DNA of 64,000 nucleotides from the sequence record NC_054933.1. One strand, written 5' to 3'. This DNA comes from Escherichia phage teqhad. The position numbers and the translations under genes were made by a program. Shown here in pieces: positions 1 to 11,839 of the stretch. Under the pieces are notes generated by a model. That model was not told where the DNA came from. It was given only the letters and a program-made list of their open reading frames with translations, and ran no database searches. Numbering within the stretch: position 1 is the stretch's first letter; the number at the start of each line of letters is the position of its first letter.

Positions 1-996
1 AACTGGCCAGAAGGCTTCTCTGGAATTTTAACTCTGTCTGGTGGATTATCATCAAATGCTGAAGTAACAGCAGGAGATTTGATGGAAGCTTGGGACTTCT
101 TTGCTGACCGTGAATCTGTTGATGTTCAATTGTTTATTGCTGGTTCTTGTGCCGGTGAATCTCTTGAAACAGCATCTACTGTCCAAAAACATGTTGTTTC
201 AATTGGTGATGCTCGTCAAGATTGCTTAGTATTGTGCTCACCTCCGCGTGAAACTGTAGTTGGAATTCCTGTAACTCGTGCAGTAGATAATTTAGTTAAC
301 TGGAGAACTGCGGCAGGTTCATACACTGATAATAACTTTAATATCAGTTCAACCTATGCAGCAATCGATGGCAACTACAAATATCAGTATGACAAATATA
401 ATGATGTGAATCGTTGGGTTCCATTAGCAGCTGATATTGCTGGTTTATGCGCAAGAACTGATAACGTATCTCAGACTTGGATGTCTCCAGCTGGTTATAA
501 TCGTGGCCAGATTCTTAACGTTATTAAACTTGCTATTGAAACTCGCCAGGCTCAGCGCGACCGTTTATACCAAGAAGCTATCAACCCAGTAACTGGTACA
601 GGTGGTGATGGTTACGTATTGTATGGTGATAAAACAGCTACTTCTGTTCCTTCTCCATTTGATCGTATTAACGTTCGTCGTCTGTTTAATATGTTGAAAA
701 CGAATATCGGACGTAGTTCAAAATATCGTTTGTTCGAATTAAACAACGCGTTTACTCGTTCATCATTCCGCACAGAAACTGCCCAGTACTTACAGGGAAT
801 TAAAGCTCTCGGTGGAATTTATGAATATCGTGTAGTTTGCGATACAACAAATAACACTCCGTCAGTAATTGATAGAAATGAGTTTGTTGCAACATTCTAC
901 ATCCAACCGGCTAGAAGCATTAACTACATTACCTTAAACTTCGTAGCAACTGCTACTGGTGCAGATTTCGATGAGTTAACTGGTCTTGCAGGTTAA
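1..996 (+). CDS. 18: tail sheath protein gp18, C-terminal part (5' end lies upstream of window)
   Basis: Frame 1 is open from base 1 to TAA at 994-996; directly precedes the tail tube gene as in T4. Confidence 0.9.
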   Translation, partial: NWPEGFSGILTLSGGLSSNAEVTAGDLMEAWDFFADRESVDVQLFIAGSCAGESLETASTVQKHVVSIGDARQDCLVLCSPPRETVVGIPVTRAVDNLVNWRTAAGSYTDNNFNISSTYAAIDGNYKYQYDKYNDVNRWVPLAADIAGLCARTDNVSQTWMSPAGYNRGQILNVIKLAIETRQAQRDRLYQEAINPVTGTGGDGYVLYGDKTATSVPSPFDRINVRRLFNMLKTNIGRSSKYRLFELNNAFTRSSFRTETAQYLQGIKALGGIYEYRVVCDTTNNTPSVIDRNEFVATFYIQPARSINYITLNFVATATGADFDELTGLAG

Positions 997-1011
997 TACA
1001 GTGCATTCTAA

Positions 1012-1030
1012 AGGCCTGTTTCGGCAGGCC
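1012..1030 (+). terminator. stem-loop after gene 18
   Basis: GGCCTG ... CAGGCC inverted repeat. Confidence 0.5.
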
Positions 1031-1031
1031 A

Positions 1032-1039
1032 TATAAATA
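1032..1039 (+). promoter_or_regulatory. late promoter TATAAATA (gene 19)
   Basis: Exact TATAAATA; a second copy at 1091-1098. Confidence 0.7.
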
Positions 1040-1112
1040 CACTATATCCTTAATTCTTTAATTCTATATGCCCTAGGTTAAACATAGGGATATAAATACT
1101 ACAGAGGCTAAT

Positions 1113-1604
1113 ATGTTTGTAGATGATGTAACACGAGCGTTTGAATCTGGTGATTTTGCTCGACCTAACTTATTCCAAGTAGAAATTTCTTATCTTGGAC
1201 AAAATTTTACGTTTCAATGTAAAGCCACTGCTTTACCAGCTGGTATTGTAGAAAAAATTCCAGTCGGATTTATGAACCGTAAAATTAACGTAGCAGGCGA
1301 TCGTACATTCGATGACTGGACTGTTACAGTAATGAACGATGAAGCTCATGATGCTCGCCAGAAGTTTGTTGATTGGCAAAGCATTGCTGCAGGACAAGGA
1401 AACGAAATTACTGGTGGAAAACCTGCAGAGTATAAAAAGAGCGCTATCGTTCGTCAATATGCTCGTGACGCTAAAACAGTAACAAAAGAAATTGAAATTA
1501 AAGGTCTGTGGCCTACTAACGTGGGTGAACTTCAATTAGATTGGGATTCAAACAATGAAATCCAAACCTTTGAAGTAACTCTTGCTCTCGATTATTGGGA
1601 ATAA
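1113..1604 (+). CDS. 19: tail tube protein gp19
   Basis: 163 aa, same length as T4 gp19; two TATAAATA late promoters upstream. Confidence 0.93.
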   Translation: MFVDDVTRAFESGDFARPNLFQVEISYLGQNFTFQCKATALPAGIVEKIPVGFMNRKINVAGDRTFDDWTVTVMNDEAHDARQKFVDWQSIAAGQGNEITGGKPAEYKKSAIVRQYARDAKTVTKEIEIKGLWPTNVGELQLDWDSNNEIQTFEVTLALDYWE

Positions 1605-1610
1605 AATGAA

Positions 1611-1626
1611 TGGGGAGAAATCCCCA
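1611..1626 (+). terminator. stem-loop after gene 19
   Basis: TGGGGA-GAAA-TCCCCA. Confidence 0.5.
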
Positions 1627-1636
1627 TCCTGCTTAA

Positions 1637-3261
<1,625 letters not shown>

Positions 3262-3262
<1 letters not shown>

Positions 3263-3501
3263 TGGAAGGTTTAATTGAAGCTATTAAATCAAACGACCTC
3301 GTAGCCGCTCGTAAATTATTTGCTGAAGCCATGGCTGCAAGAACGACTGATTTAATCAAAGAAGAAAAAATCGCTATCGCTCGTAATTTCTTAATCGAAG
3401 GTGAAGAACCTGAAGACGAGGATGAAGATGATGACGAAGATAGTGATGATAAAGACGACAAAAAAGACAAAGACTCTGACGAAGACGAGGATGATGAATA
3501 A
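3262..3501 (+). CDS. 67: prohead core protein gp67 with polyacidic C-terminal tail
   Basis: 79 aa, [13 protein letters not shown]..., D/E-rich tail; stop/start overlap with gene 20. Confidence 0.9.
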
Positions 3502-3926
3502 TGCTTCTGATCCCTGAAACTCATGAATTAGTTCTCGAGAATGTCGAAGCACTTATTCCTGAAGCACAGGGTCGCTTTGACGAGTTGTCTTCTGCTTTAA
3601 ATAAAGACGATATAAATAAAATTATCGAGAATATGCTTGATGATGAAACTGATTTAGCGGTTGCATTAGCTTCTATTAATGAAAATATGCCGTTAAATGA
3701 ATTTATCGTTAAACATGTTTCTGCCCGTGGTGAAATTACTCGCACTAAAGATCGCAAAACCCGCGAACGTAATGCATTTCAAACTACCGGGTTGTCTAAA
3801 GCAAAACGTAGACAAATTGCTCGTAAAGCTACCAAAACGAAGATTGCCAATCCAGCAGGTCAATCTCGTGCTCAGCGTAAGCGTAAAAAAGCTCTTAAAC
3901 GCCGTAAAGCATTAGGATTAAGCTAA
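3501..3926 (+). CDS. 68: prohead core protein gp68
   Basis: 141 aa, basic C-terminus; overlapping start with gene 67 stop. Confidence 0.85.
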   Translation: MLLIPETHELVLENVEALIPEAQGRFDELSSALNKDDINKIIENMLDDETDLAVALASINENMPLNEFIVKHVSARGEITRTKDRKTRERNAFQTTGLSKAKRRQIARKATKTKIANPAGQSRAQRKRKKALKRRKALGLS

Positions 3927-4564
3927 TGAATGAACCCCAATTACTAATTGAAACTTGGGGTCAACCTGGCGAAATTATTGATGGCGTACCAATGCTTGAA
4001 TCTCATGATGGAAAAGACTTAGGCTTAAAACCTGGTTTATACATCGAAGGAATATTCATGCAAGCGGAAGTCGTCAATAGAAATAAACGTCTTTATCCAA
4101 AACGTATATTAGAAAAAGCGGTAAAAGACTATATTAATGAGCAAGTTTTAACTAAACAAGCTCTCGGAGAATTAAATCATCCTCCACGCGCTAATGTTGA
4201 CCCGATGCAAGCCGCTATCATTATAGAAGATATGTGGTGGAAAGGAAATGACGTATACGGACGAGCTCGTGTTATTGAAGGTGACCATGGTCCTGGAGAT
4301 AAATTAGCAGCTAATATTCGTGCCGGATGGATTCCAGGAGTTTCTTCTCGTGGATTAGGTTCATTGACTGACACAAATAAAGGTTATCGTATCGTAAACG
4401 AAGGATTCAAATTAACTGTAGGTGTTGATGCAGTATGGGGTCCAAGTGCTCCAGATGCATGGGTAACTCCTAAGGAAATTACCGAATCACAGACGGCGGA
4501 AGCCGATACAAGTGCCGATGACGCCTATATGGCTCTCGCAGAGGCCATGAAAAAAGCGTTATAA
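3926..4564 (+). CDS. 21: prohead core scaffold protease gp21
   Basis: 212 aa, same size and position as T4 gp21. Confidence 0.92.
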   Translation: MNEPQLLIETWGQPGEIIDGVPMLESHDGKDLGLKPGLYIEGIFMQAEVVNRNKRLYPKRILEKAVKDYINEQVLTKQALGELNHPPRANVDPMQAAIIIEDMWWKGNDVYGRARVIEGDHGPGDKLAANIRAGWIPGVSSRGLGSLTDTNKGYRIVNEGFKLTVGVDAVWGPSAPDAWVTPKEITESQTAEADTSADDAYMALAEAMKKAL

Positions 4565-4567
4565 ATA
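4560..4567 (+). promoter_or_regulatory. late promoter TATAAATA (gene 22)
   Basis: Exact TATAAATA overlapping gene 21 stop. Confidence 0.65.
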
Positions 4568-4594
4568 TTATTATCTAAACAACAGGACTACAAA

Positions 4595-5404
4595 ATGCTT
4601 AAAGAACAACTGATTGCCGAAGCGCAGAAAATTGATGCTTCCGTTGCTCTTGATAGTATTTTCGAATCAGTTAATATTTCTCCGGAAGCAAAAGAAACTT
4701 TCGGCACTGTATTCGAAGCTACCGTCAAGCAGCACGCCGTTAAATTAGCTGAATCTCATATCGCTAAAATTGCTGAAAAAGCAGAAGAAGAAGTAGAAAA
4801 AAATAAAGAAGAAGCAGAAGAAAAAGCTGAGAAGAAAATCGCTGAGCAAGCTTCTAAATTCCTTGACCATCTTGCAAAAGAATGGCTCACTGAAAATAAA
4901 TTAGCAGTAGATAAAGGCATTAAAGCCGAACTGTTTGAATCCATGCTTGGTGGATTGAAAGAGCTCTTCGTTGAACACAACGTTGTTGTTCCAGAAGAAT
5001 CAGTTGATGTTGTAGCTGAAATGGAAGAAGAACTGCAAGAACATAAAGAAGAATCAGCTCGTCTGTTCGAAGAACTCAATAAGCGTGACGCATATATCAA
5101 TTATGTGCAGCGTGAAGTGGCATTGAGCGAAAGTACTAAAGATCTGACTGAGTCTCAAAAAGAAAAAGTCTCTGCTCTGGTCGAAGGTATTGATTATTCA
5201 GATGCATTCTCAAGCAAATTGAGTGCCATCGTAGAAATGGTGAAGAAATCTAATAAAGATGAAAGCACTATTACTGAGAGTATAAATACTCCTGATACTG
5301 AAGCAGCCGGACTGAATTTCGTCACTGAAGCTGTAGAAGATAAATCTGCACAAGGTGCAGAAGATATTGTAAGTGTATATGCGAAAGTCGCATCTCGTTT
5401 CTAA
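4595..5404 (+). CDS. 22: prohead core scaffold protein gp22
   Basis: 269 aa, E/K-rich coiled-coil type sequence; late promoter at 4560-4567. Confidence 0.92.
   Translation: MLKEQLIAEAQKIDASVALDSIFESVNISPEAKETFGTVFEATVKQHAVKLAESHIAKIAEKAEEEVEKNKEEAEEKAEKKIAEQASKFLDHLAKEWLTENKLAVDKGIKAELFESMLGGLKELFVEHNVVVPEESVDVVAEMEEELQEHKEESARLFEELNKRDAYINYVQREVALSESTKDLTESQKEKVSALVEGIDYSDAFSSKLSAIVEMVKKSNKDESTITESINTPDTEAAGLNFVTEAVEDKSAQGAEDIVSVYAKVASRF
5281..5288 (+). promoter_or_regulatory. late promoter TATAAATA inside 3' end of gene 22 (gene 23)
   Basis: Exact TATAAATA about 135 nt upstream of gene 23 ATG. Confidence 0.5.
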
Positions 5405-5422
5405 TTTTAAAGGTTAACACAA

Positions 5423-6988
5423 ATGACTATCAAAACTAAAGCTGAACTTTTGAACAAATGGAAGCCATTACTGGAAGGTGAAGGTTTACCGGAAATTGCT
5501 AATAGCAAACAAGCGATTATCGCTAAAATCTTTGAAAACCAGGAAAAAGATTTCCAGACAGCTCCGGAATATAAAGACGAAAAAATTGCTCAGGCGTTCG
5601 GTTCTTTCTTAACAGAAGCTGAAATCGGTGGTGACCACGGTTACAACGCTACTAACATCGCTGCTGGTCAGACTTCTGGCGCAGTAACTCAGATTGGCCC
5701 AGCTGTTATGGGTATGGTACGTCGTGCTATTCCTAACCTGATTGCTTTCGATATTTGCGGTGTTCAGCCGATGAACAGCCCGACTGGCCAGGTATTCGCA
5801 CTGCGCGCAGTATATGGTAAAGACCCAATCGCTTCCGGTGCTAAAGAAGCATTCCACCCAATGTATGGTCCAGATGCAATGTTCTCTGGTCAGGGTGCTG
5901 CTAAGAAATTCCCAGCTCTGGCTGCTAGTACTGAAACTGTTGTAGGTGATATCTATACTCACTTCTTCCAGGAAACCGGTACTGTATATCTGCAAGCTTC
6001 AGCTGTTGTGACAATTGATTCTAGTGCAAATGATGCAGCTAAATTAGATGCTGAAATTAAGAAACAAATGGAAGCAGGTGTACTGGTAGAAATCGCTGAA
6101 GGTATGGCTACTTCTATCGCTGAACTTCAGGAAGGTTTCAACGGTTCTACCGATAACCCATGGAATGAAATGGGCTTCCGTATCGATAAACAAGTTATCG
6201 AAGCTAAATCTCGTCAGCTGAAAGCTGCTTACTCTATCGAATTAGCACAAGACCTCCGCGCTGTTCACGGTATGGATGCTGATGCTGAACTGTCTGGTAT
6301 TCTGGCTACCGAAATCATGCTGGAAATCAACCGTGAAGTTGTTGATTGGATTAACTACTCAGCTCAGGTTGGTAAATCTGGTATGACCCTGACTCCGGGT
6401 TCTAAAGCTGGTGTGTTTGACTTCCAGGATCCAATTGATATTCGTGGTGCTCGCTGGGCGGGTGAATCCTTTAAAGCTCTGTTGTTCCAGATTGACAAAG
6501 AAGCAGTTGAAATTGCTCGTCAGACCGGTCGTGGTGAAGGTAACTTCATTATCGCTTCCCGTAACGTAGTTAACGTTCTGGCTTCAGTTGATACTGGCAT
6601 TTCTTATGCTGCACAGGGTCTGGCTACCGGCTTTAACACTGATACTACCAAGTCAGTATTTGCTGGTGTTCTGGGTGGTAAATACCGTGTATATATCGAC
6701 CAGTATGCTAAACAGGATTATTTCACTGTAGGTTATAAAGGTCCGAACGAAATGGATGCTGGTATTTACTACGCTCCATATGTAGCTCTGACTCCGCTGC
6801 GTGGTTCCGATCCGAAGAACTTCCAACCAGTAATGGGATTCAAAACTCGTTACGGTATCGGTATCAACCCATTTGCAGAATCCGCTGCTCAGGCTCCGGC
6901 TTCTCGCATCCAGAGCGGTATGCCTTCTATTCTGAATAGCCTTGGTAAAAACGCTTACTTCCGCCGTGTATATGTTAAAGGTATCTAA
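5423..6988 (+). CDS. 23: major capsid protein gp23
   Basis: 521 aa; strong codon bias typical of a highly expressed gene; terminator hairpin downstream. Confidence 0.95.
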   Translation: MTIKTKAELLNKWKPLLEGEGLPEIANSKQAIIAKIFENQEKDFQTAPEYKDEKIAQAFGSFLTEAEIGGDHGYNATNIAAGQTSGAVTQIGPAVMGMVRRAIPNLIAFDICGVQPMNSPTGQVFALRAVYGKDPIASGAKEAFHPMYGPDAMFSGQGAAKKFPALAASTETVVGDIYTHFFQETGTVYLQASAVVTIDSSANDAAKLDAEIKKQMEAGVLVEIAEGMATSIAELQEGFNGSTDNPWNEMGFRIDKQVIEAKSRQLKAAYSIELAQDLRAVHGMDADAELSGILATEIMLEINREVVDWINYSAQVGKSGMTLTPGSKAGVFDFQDPIDIRGARWAGESFKALLFQIDKEAVEIARQTGRGEGNFIIASRNVVNVLASVDTGISYAAQGLATGFNTDTTKSVFAGVLGGKYRVYIDQYAKQDYFTVGYKGPNEMDAGIYYAPYVALTPLRGSDPKNFQPVMGFKTRYGIGINPFAESAAQAPASRIQSGMPSILNSLGKNAYFRRVYVKGI

Positions 6989-7002
6989 TCTTTGACGATT
7001 TA

Positions 7003-7033
7003 AGGGACCTTCGGGTCCCTTTAGTTGTTTTTA
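7003..7033 (+). terminator. rho-independent terminator after gene 23
   Basis: GGGACC-UUCG-GGUCCC followed by T-run. Confidence 0.75.
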
Positions 7034-7046
7034 TGGTATAAATAAA

Positions 7047-7054
7047 TCATATAA
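7047..7054 (+). promoter_or_regulatory. late promoter TATAAATA (gene 24)
   Basis: Exact TATAAATA downstream of gene 23 terminator. Confidence 0.7.
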
Positions 7055-7071
7055 ACCAAAAGGAAAGCGCA

Positions 7072-8355
7072 ATGGCTAAAATCAACGAACTTCTGCGCGA
7101 ATCAACCACAACGAATAGCAACTCAATCGGTCGCCCAAATCTCGTTGCTTTGACTCGCGCTACCACTAAATTAATATATTCTGACATTGTAGCAACGCAA
7201 AGAACTAATCAACCTGTTGCTGCTTTTTATGGTATCAAATACCTTAACCCAGATAACGAATTTACATTTAAAACTGGTGCTACTTACGCTGGCGAAGCTG
7301 GATACGTAGACCGAGAACAAATCACAGAATTAACAGAAGAGTCTAAATTAACTCTCAATAAAGGCGATTTATTCAAATATAATAATATCGTTTATAAAGT
7401 ATTAGAAAATACACCATTTGCTGATATTGAAGAAAGTGATTTAGAATTAGCTCTTCAGATTGCAATTGTTCTTTTAAAGGTTCGTCTATTTTCTGATGCT
7501 GCAGTAACAAGCAAATTTGAAAGCTCTGATAGTGAAATTGCGGATGCTAGATTCCAGATTAATAAATGGCAAACCGCAGTTAAATCTCGTAAACTTAAAA
7601 CTGGCATTACAGTTGAATTAGCACAAGATTTAGAAGCAAATGGATTCGATGCTCCTAATTTCTTGGAAGATTTGCTTGCAACCGAAATGGCAGATGAAAT
7701 CAATAAAGATATTCTGCAGTCTTTGATTACAGTGTCAAAACGCTATAAAGTTACAGGAATTACTGATACTGGATTCATTGATTTGAGTTATGCATCTGCA
7801 CCTGAAGCCGGTCGTTCATTATACCGAATGGCGTGTGAAATGGTTTCACATATCCAGAAAGAATCAACTTATACAGCAACGTTCTGTGTTGCTTCAGCTC
7901 GTGCTGCTGCGATTCTTGCTGCATCAGGTTGGTTAAAACATAAACCAGAAGATGACAAATATCTTTCACAAAATGCCTATGGGTTCTTAGCTAATGGTTT
8001 ACCGCTTTATTGCGATACCAACAGCCCATTAGATTATGTAATCGTTGGCGTAGTAGAAAATATCGGTGAAAAAGAAATTGTTGGATCAATTTTCTATGCT
8101 CCGTATACAGAAGGTCTTGACTTAGATGACCCTGAACATGTAGGTGCATTTAAAGTTGTAGTTGATCCAGAAAGTTTGCAGCCATCTATCGGTTTATTAG
8201 TTAGATATGCTTTATCTGCAAATCCTTACACTGTAGCAAAAGATGAAAAAGAAGCAAGAGTAATTGACGGTGGAGACATGGATAAAATGGCGGGTCGTTC
8301 AGATTTGTCTGTTTTATTAGGTGTTAAGCTACCAAAAATTATCGTTGATGAATAA
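7072..8355 (+). CDS. 24: capsid vertex protein gp24
   Basis: 427 aa; position after gene 23; late promoter at 7047-7054. Confidence 0.93.
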   Translation: MAKINELLRESTTTNSNSIGRPNLVALTRATTKLIYSDIVATQRTNQPVAAFYGIKYLNPDNEFTFKTGATYAGEAGYVDREQITELTEESKLTLNKGDLFKYNNIVYKVLENTPFADIEESDLELALQIAIVLLKVRLFSDAAVTSKFESSDSEIADARFQINKWQTAVKSRKLKTGITVELAQDLEANGFDAPNFLEDLLATEMADEINKDILQSLITVSKRYKVTGITDTGFIDLSYASAPEAGRSLYRMACEMVSHIQKESTYTATFCVASARAAAILAASGWLKHKPEDDKYLSQNAYGFLANGLPLYCDTNSPLDYVIVGVVENIGEKEIVGSIFYAPYTEGLDLDDPEHVGAFKVVVDPESLQPSIGLLVRYALSANPYTVAKDEKEARVIDGGDMDKMAGRSDLSVLLGVKLPKIIVDE

Positions 8356-8360
8356 AACAA

Positions 8361-8378
8361 AGGGACCGAAAGGTCCCT
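8361..8378. terminator. bidirectional terminator between gene 24 and rnlB
   Basis: AGGGACC-GAAA-GGTCCCT with T-run on plus strand. Confidence 0.7.
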
Positions 8379-8384
8379 TTTTAT

Positions 8385-9389
8385 TTAACTTACCAATTCA
8401 ATCCAAGCCGGACGAAGTACATCTTGTACCATTTTAACTAATTCCTTCTTAATCAAAGAAGGATTATCCGCTTGAGCTAAAGTAATACCTTCACGAGAAG
8501 TTTCTTCCAAAATATCTTGAACAGTTAGTCCCATCACCTTTCCAAAATCCTTTGGACCAATTTCGCCAATTTTAGAAATAACGTTATTTACTCGATTCAG
8601 TGTAACGTAACAAGCTAAAATTCCAACCAATTTGTTATCAGCTTCTGACAGTTCAACTTTAGCTTTAATAGGCTTATCAGACTTTTTCTTTTCACTAAAT
8701 TTAGAGTTCTTGCATTTGATGGCTACACGATTGCGATTAGGCAGCCAAGAAGGATAACAAGGTTTCAATACATATCCTTCAGCAGTAAATACTTCGCCTT
8801 TTGCTTCAGCATTCCAAACGCATTTATTTGCATCAACTAATCCAGCATGGTCTACTGTAAAATTATAATCTTGGACGACAGAATCTAAATCATTTGGCAA
8901 TTTAATAAGTTCTTCAAATTTACCGCGACCTAAAAGTGGAGCCATTTTAAATTTAAATGTATTACAAAATGATTCCATCATATAATCATCGACATAAGTT
9001 ACATCACCACTTTCGGTAGTAACAATAATGTCAAATACATAAAAATCTTTATCACCATAATCGACATTCTTCTGAATGCCAGGTCCAGCGAATTCGCCAA
9101 AGACTTGATAAGATACAACCGCTGAAGTTTCCATAATATCTTGTACTGCTTTAATAGAATCAGCGTAATTCTTCAAAATAATTTCATACCCAAAGAAATC
9201 TTCAGCAGGAAGAATAGGACCAGTGCGTTTAGCACAAGTTACTTTATCACGCTCAATAATCAACGAGAAATTTGTGCCATGAATCTTTTCACGAGCCACC
9301 CATTCGCCACCAGTCAATCCCAAGCTATAAAGTTTTTCAATAAATTTAGAGTTGTAATGATTTTCAAGACTGCTATACTTTTTAAACAT
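8385..9389 (-). CDS. rnlB: RNA ligase 2 (Rnl2)
   Basis: 334 aa, [12 protein letters not shown]...; nucleotidyltransferase lysine motif KIHGTN. Confidence 0.92.
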   Translation of the reverse strand: MFKKYSSLENHYNSKFIEKLYSLGLTGGEWVAREKIHGTNFSLIIERDKVTCAKRTGPILPAEDFFGYEIILKNYADSIKAVQDIMETSAVVSYQVFGEFAGPGIQKNVDYGDKDFYVFDIIVTTESGDVTYVDDYMMESFCNTFKFKMAPLLGRGKFEELIKLPNDLDSVVQDYNFTVDHAGLVDANKCVWNAEAKGEVFTAEGYVLKPCYPSWLPNRNRVAIKCKNSKFSEKKKSDKPIKAKVELSEADNKLVGILACYVTLNRVNNVISKIGEIGPKDFGKVMGLTVQDILEETSREGITLAQADNPSLIKKELVKMVQDVLRPAWIELVS

Positions 9390-9398
9390 AATTAATCC

Positions 9399-9677
9399 TC
9401 AAAATGTAATTTCTAACCAATCACCATCACGCTGATCACTATTGACTTTAAAATTAAATCCTTCTTTTCTCAGCCAATCACCAATTTCTTCAGTAATCAA
9501 TTTATCGCGAGCAGTACAATAATAACTAAAATATGTTTTACCTTGTTCAGCTGCTTTATTAGCAAGTTCCGAAAAATCTTTAATAAAACACTCTAGCTTA
9601 AACTGTTTACTTTTAAGTGCTTTTTCACGTAATTGATTAGCAAAAGATTCATTTTCATAAAAATCATACTGTTCCAT
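9399..9677 (-). CDS. 24.2: hypothetical protein (T4 24.2 position)
   Basis: 92 aa ORF between rnlB and hoc. Confidence 0.6.
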   Translation of the reverse strand: MEQYDFYENESFANQLREKALKSKQFKLECFIKDFSELANKAAEQGKTYFSYYCTARDKLITEEIGDWLRKEGFNFKVNSDQRDGDWLEITF

Positions 9678-9879
9678 TTTTCACCTTTTTATTAATATGT
9701 CTTTTTCTATAGACAACTTTTTCTCGAGTTTCAAATTTATTCTTAGCAGTCATAGCTCGAGCCCATAATACAGCCACTTCTTTTGCCTGTAAGTTCAATT
9801 CACGAGCAATTTCAATGAATGACTTTCCAGACTCATGAAGAGTAAACACCACAACTTCAGTTCTCATAATCAATCTCAT
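9664..9879 (-). CDS. 24.3: hypothetical protein (T4 24.3 position)
   Basis: 71 aa ORF overlapping upstream of 24.2. Confidence 0.55.
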   Translation of the reverse strand: MRLIMRTEVVVFTLHESGKSFIEIARELNLQAKEVAVLWARAMTAKNKFETREKVVYRKRHINKKVKNGTV

Positions 9880-9945
9880 GTTATCGAGTTGGTGCCATTA
9901 TATACATCATTTTCTGAGTGTGTTTTGTGTGCTTTCAAAATGAAG

Positions 9946-9963
9946 AAAGGGGCCGAAGCCCCT
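9946..9963 (-). terminator. terminator region downstream of hoc
   Basis: AAGGGGC-CGAA-GCCCCTT. Confidence 0.6.
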
Positions 9964-9968
9964 TATGA

Positions 9969-11099
9969 TTATGGATAGGTATAGATGATACCAGTTTCTA
10001 AAGCAGTTTTATGAATGATGTATCCATTACGTGATTCTTGAACATCAACTTCTGGATAGTCTTTCATCATCTTCTGAAGAGTGTAACGATGCAGGTAGTA
10101 TTTACTATCTGGATCTTCAGTTTTCCAATCTTTACCTTCTTCGGTCATTTTTTGGATTTCATCCATAACCCACCAACCGCACCAGATATAAGCCGAAGTA
10201 CGATGTGGAAGAGGATGAACATAAGGCAATTCACCTTCTGGTTCTGGAGCAACTTTATCAGTCACTTGAACTTGACCTTCTGCTGTGATAGTTTTGCTAT
10301 CATAATCAGTGGCAGTAACAGTTGCAGTAACTTCAATAGTTTGACTTCCAATAGATGATGTATCAACGGTGTATACATTAGTTGACCCTTCTACAGGAGA
10401 AGAATCTTTCTTCCATGAGTATTCGATTTGTGCTTCTTCTGGAGCATCAGTGACATTAGCAGTAAATGTAGCCGAAGCATCTTGCTGAACGTTAATAGAA
10501 GCAGGAGTCAATGTAACCTGCGGATTCATTGTTTTCTTATTAACTGTCAATGATACTTCATTAGAAGTAACTTCCTTTTCATTATAATTTTCAGCCGTTA
10601 CTTGGGCTACACACTTGATTTTTTTAACTCCGCTTGTGTCAGGAGTGTAATTGAATGTAGCGTCAGTTGCTTCGTCTACAGGAGAACCGTCAACGTACCA
10701 TTGATACGTAGCGTTTGCACCTGATGGCTGTGAAGCTAAGGCAGCGGTAAATTCAATTGGAGTTCCAATCACTCCAGCATCAGGGCTACCAGGAGTTACA
10801 GCTAAAGTAGTTGTTTGTGTCTTATTTTGAACTGTGATAGTTGTACTAATTTCAGCTGTTTCAGGTTCAGATTCTGCAACTTGATTGGTTGCAACTACTT
10901 TAATAGTCTTTTGACCGGCAGGTCCTTTTAGTACATAACTAAAAGTTGCTGACGTTTCTTCCTGTGGAGCGTCGTCTACAGTCCAAGCATATGTAATAGG
11001 TCCATCTCCAGTTTGACCACTGGGTGTAGCAGTAAACTGCTGAGTCTGATCTATAACTCCAGTAGGTGTTTTAGGAGTTATATCAACTGTAAAAGTCAT
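9969..11099 (-). CDS. hoc: highly immunogenic outer capsid protein Hoc (Ig-like repeats)
   Basis: 376 aa, T/S/V-rich Ig-like repeat sequence, same length as T4 Hoc. Confidence 0.9.
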   Translation of the reverse strand: MTFTVDITPKTPTGVIDQTQQFTATPSGQTGDGPITYAWTVDDAPQEETSATFSYVLKGPAGQKTIKVVATNQVAESEPETAEISTTITVQNKTQTTTLAVTPGSPDAGVIGTPIEFTAALASQPSGANATYQWYVDGSPVDEATDATFNYTPDTSGVKKIKCVAQVTAENYNEKEVTSNEVSLTVNKKTMNPQVTLTPASINVQQDASATFTANVTDAPEEAQIEYSWKKDSSPVEGSTNVYTVDTSSIGSQTIEVTATVTATDYDSKTITAEGQVQVTDKVAPEPEGELPYVHPLPHRTSAYIWCGWWVMDEIQKMTEEGKDWKTEDPDSKYYLHRYTLQKMMKDYPEVDVQESRNGYIIHKTALETGIIYTYP

Positions 11100-11108
11100 A
11101 AGTTATCC

Positions 11109-11789
11109 TTATTTTAATGTTACGAAAGAAGAATTGCGTGTTTCACGAATTAAAACTGATCCGTCACGGTTAATGTAATAAATTAAGCTAAATAATGTTT
11201 GGTGTGCAGAAGCATGCTCAAAACTAGTTGGGTGAGATTTCCAATCCGGAGTTTCAGCGATCCATTGATAAATCCACCAAGGAACAGTACAGAATCCTGG
11301 ATTTTTTCCAATCAGCTGAAGATTCGGGCTAAAGTTTTCCGGAAGAGTAAATACAGACGGCTTTTCAGATTCAATAATCTCAGCTACAGCCTGTTCAAAC
11401 TTTTCTTCAACAAAGGGAGTATCTTCAATCAAAACGTCGGTATTTTCAGGAATTTTATCCGTTTCTACTACTTCAATTTTAATGTCAGATTTAACTGGAG
11501 AATCAATCAGAAGTGCTGCTTCTGGATTGACTTCTTCATCGTCATATTTTAATCCCTCTGCAGCATCAGCAGCATCAATTAAGTCTTTAATAGATAACCC
11601 ATCAGTCTCTGGCATAGGTTCACTAGCGAGCTTCTGGAGAGCTTCTTCAATATCAACAACGATATTATCAAAAGATTTATTCTTTTTGACCTTTATACCA
11701 AACTGTTCAGCATATTCAGCTAATTTAGCTTTAGCTTCTTTATTATCATCAAGAGCCTTCAGCTCTGCAATATAATCTTTATCTATCAT
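11109..11789 (-). CDS. inh: inhibitor of prohead protease (Inh)
   Basis: 226 aa, position downstream of hoc. Confidence 0.8.
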   Translation of the reverse strand: MIDKDYIAELKALDDNKEAKAKLAEYAEQFGIKVKKNKSFDNIVVDIEEALQKLASEPMPETDGLSIKDLIDAADAAEGLKYDDEEVNPEAALLIDSPVKSDIKIEVVETDKIPENTDVLIEDTPFVEEKFEQAVAEIIESEKPSVFTLPENFSPNLQLIGKNPGFCTVPWWIYQWIAETPDWKSHPTSFEHASAHQTLFSLIYYINRDGSVLIRETRNSSFVTLK

Positions 11790-11802
11790 AATATTTCCTC
11801 AG

Positions 11803-11810
11803 TATAAATA
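11803..11810 (+). promoter_or_regulatory. TATAAATA late-type promoter upstream of uvsW
   Basis: Exact TATAAATA 30 nt upstream of ATG. Confidence 0.5.
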
Positions 11811-11839
11811 TAGATATATTTATTACATGGTATTTAGAC

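Noticed and set aside
4756-5100. 114-aa antisense ORF inside gene 22
   Set aside because: Low-complexity Ser-rich antisense of the Glu/Lys-rich gp22 coding sequence; embedded in a well-supported gene.
5609-5995. 128-aa antisense ORF inside gene 23
   Set aside because: Fully embedded in the major capsid gene, which shows strong codon bias on the plus strand.
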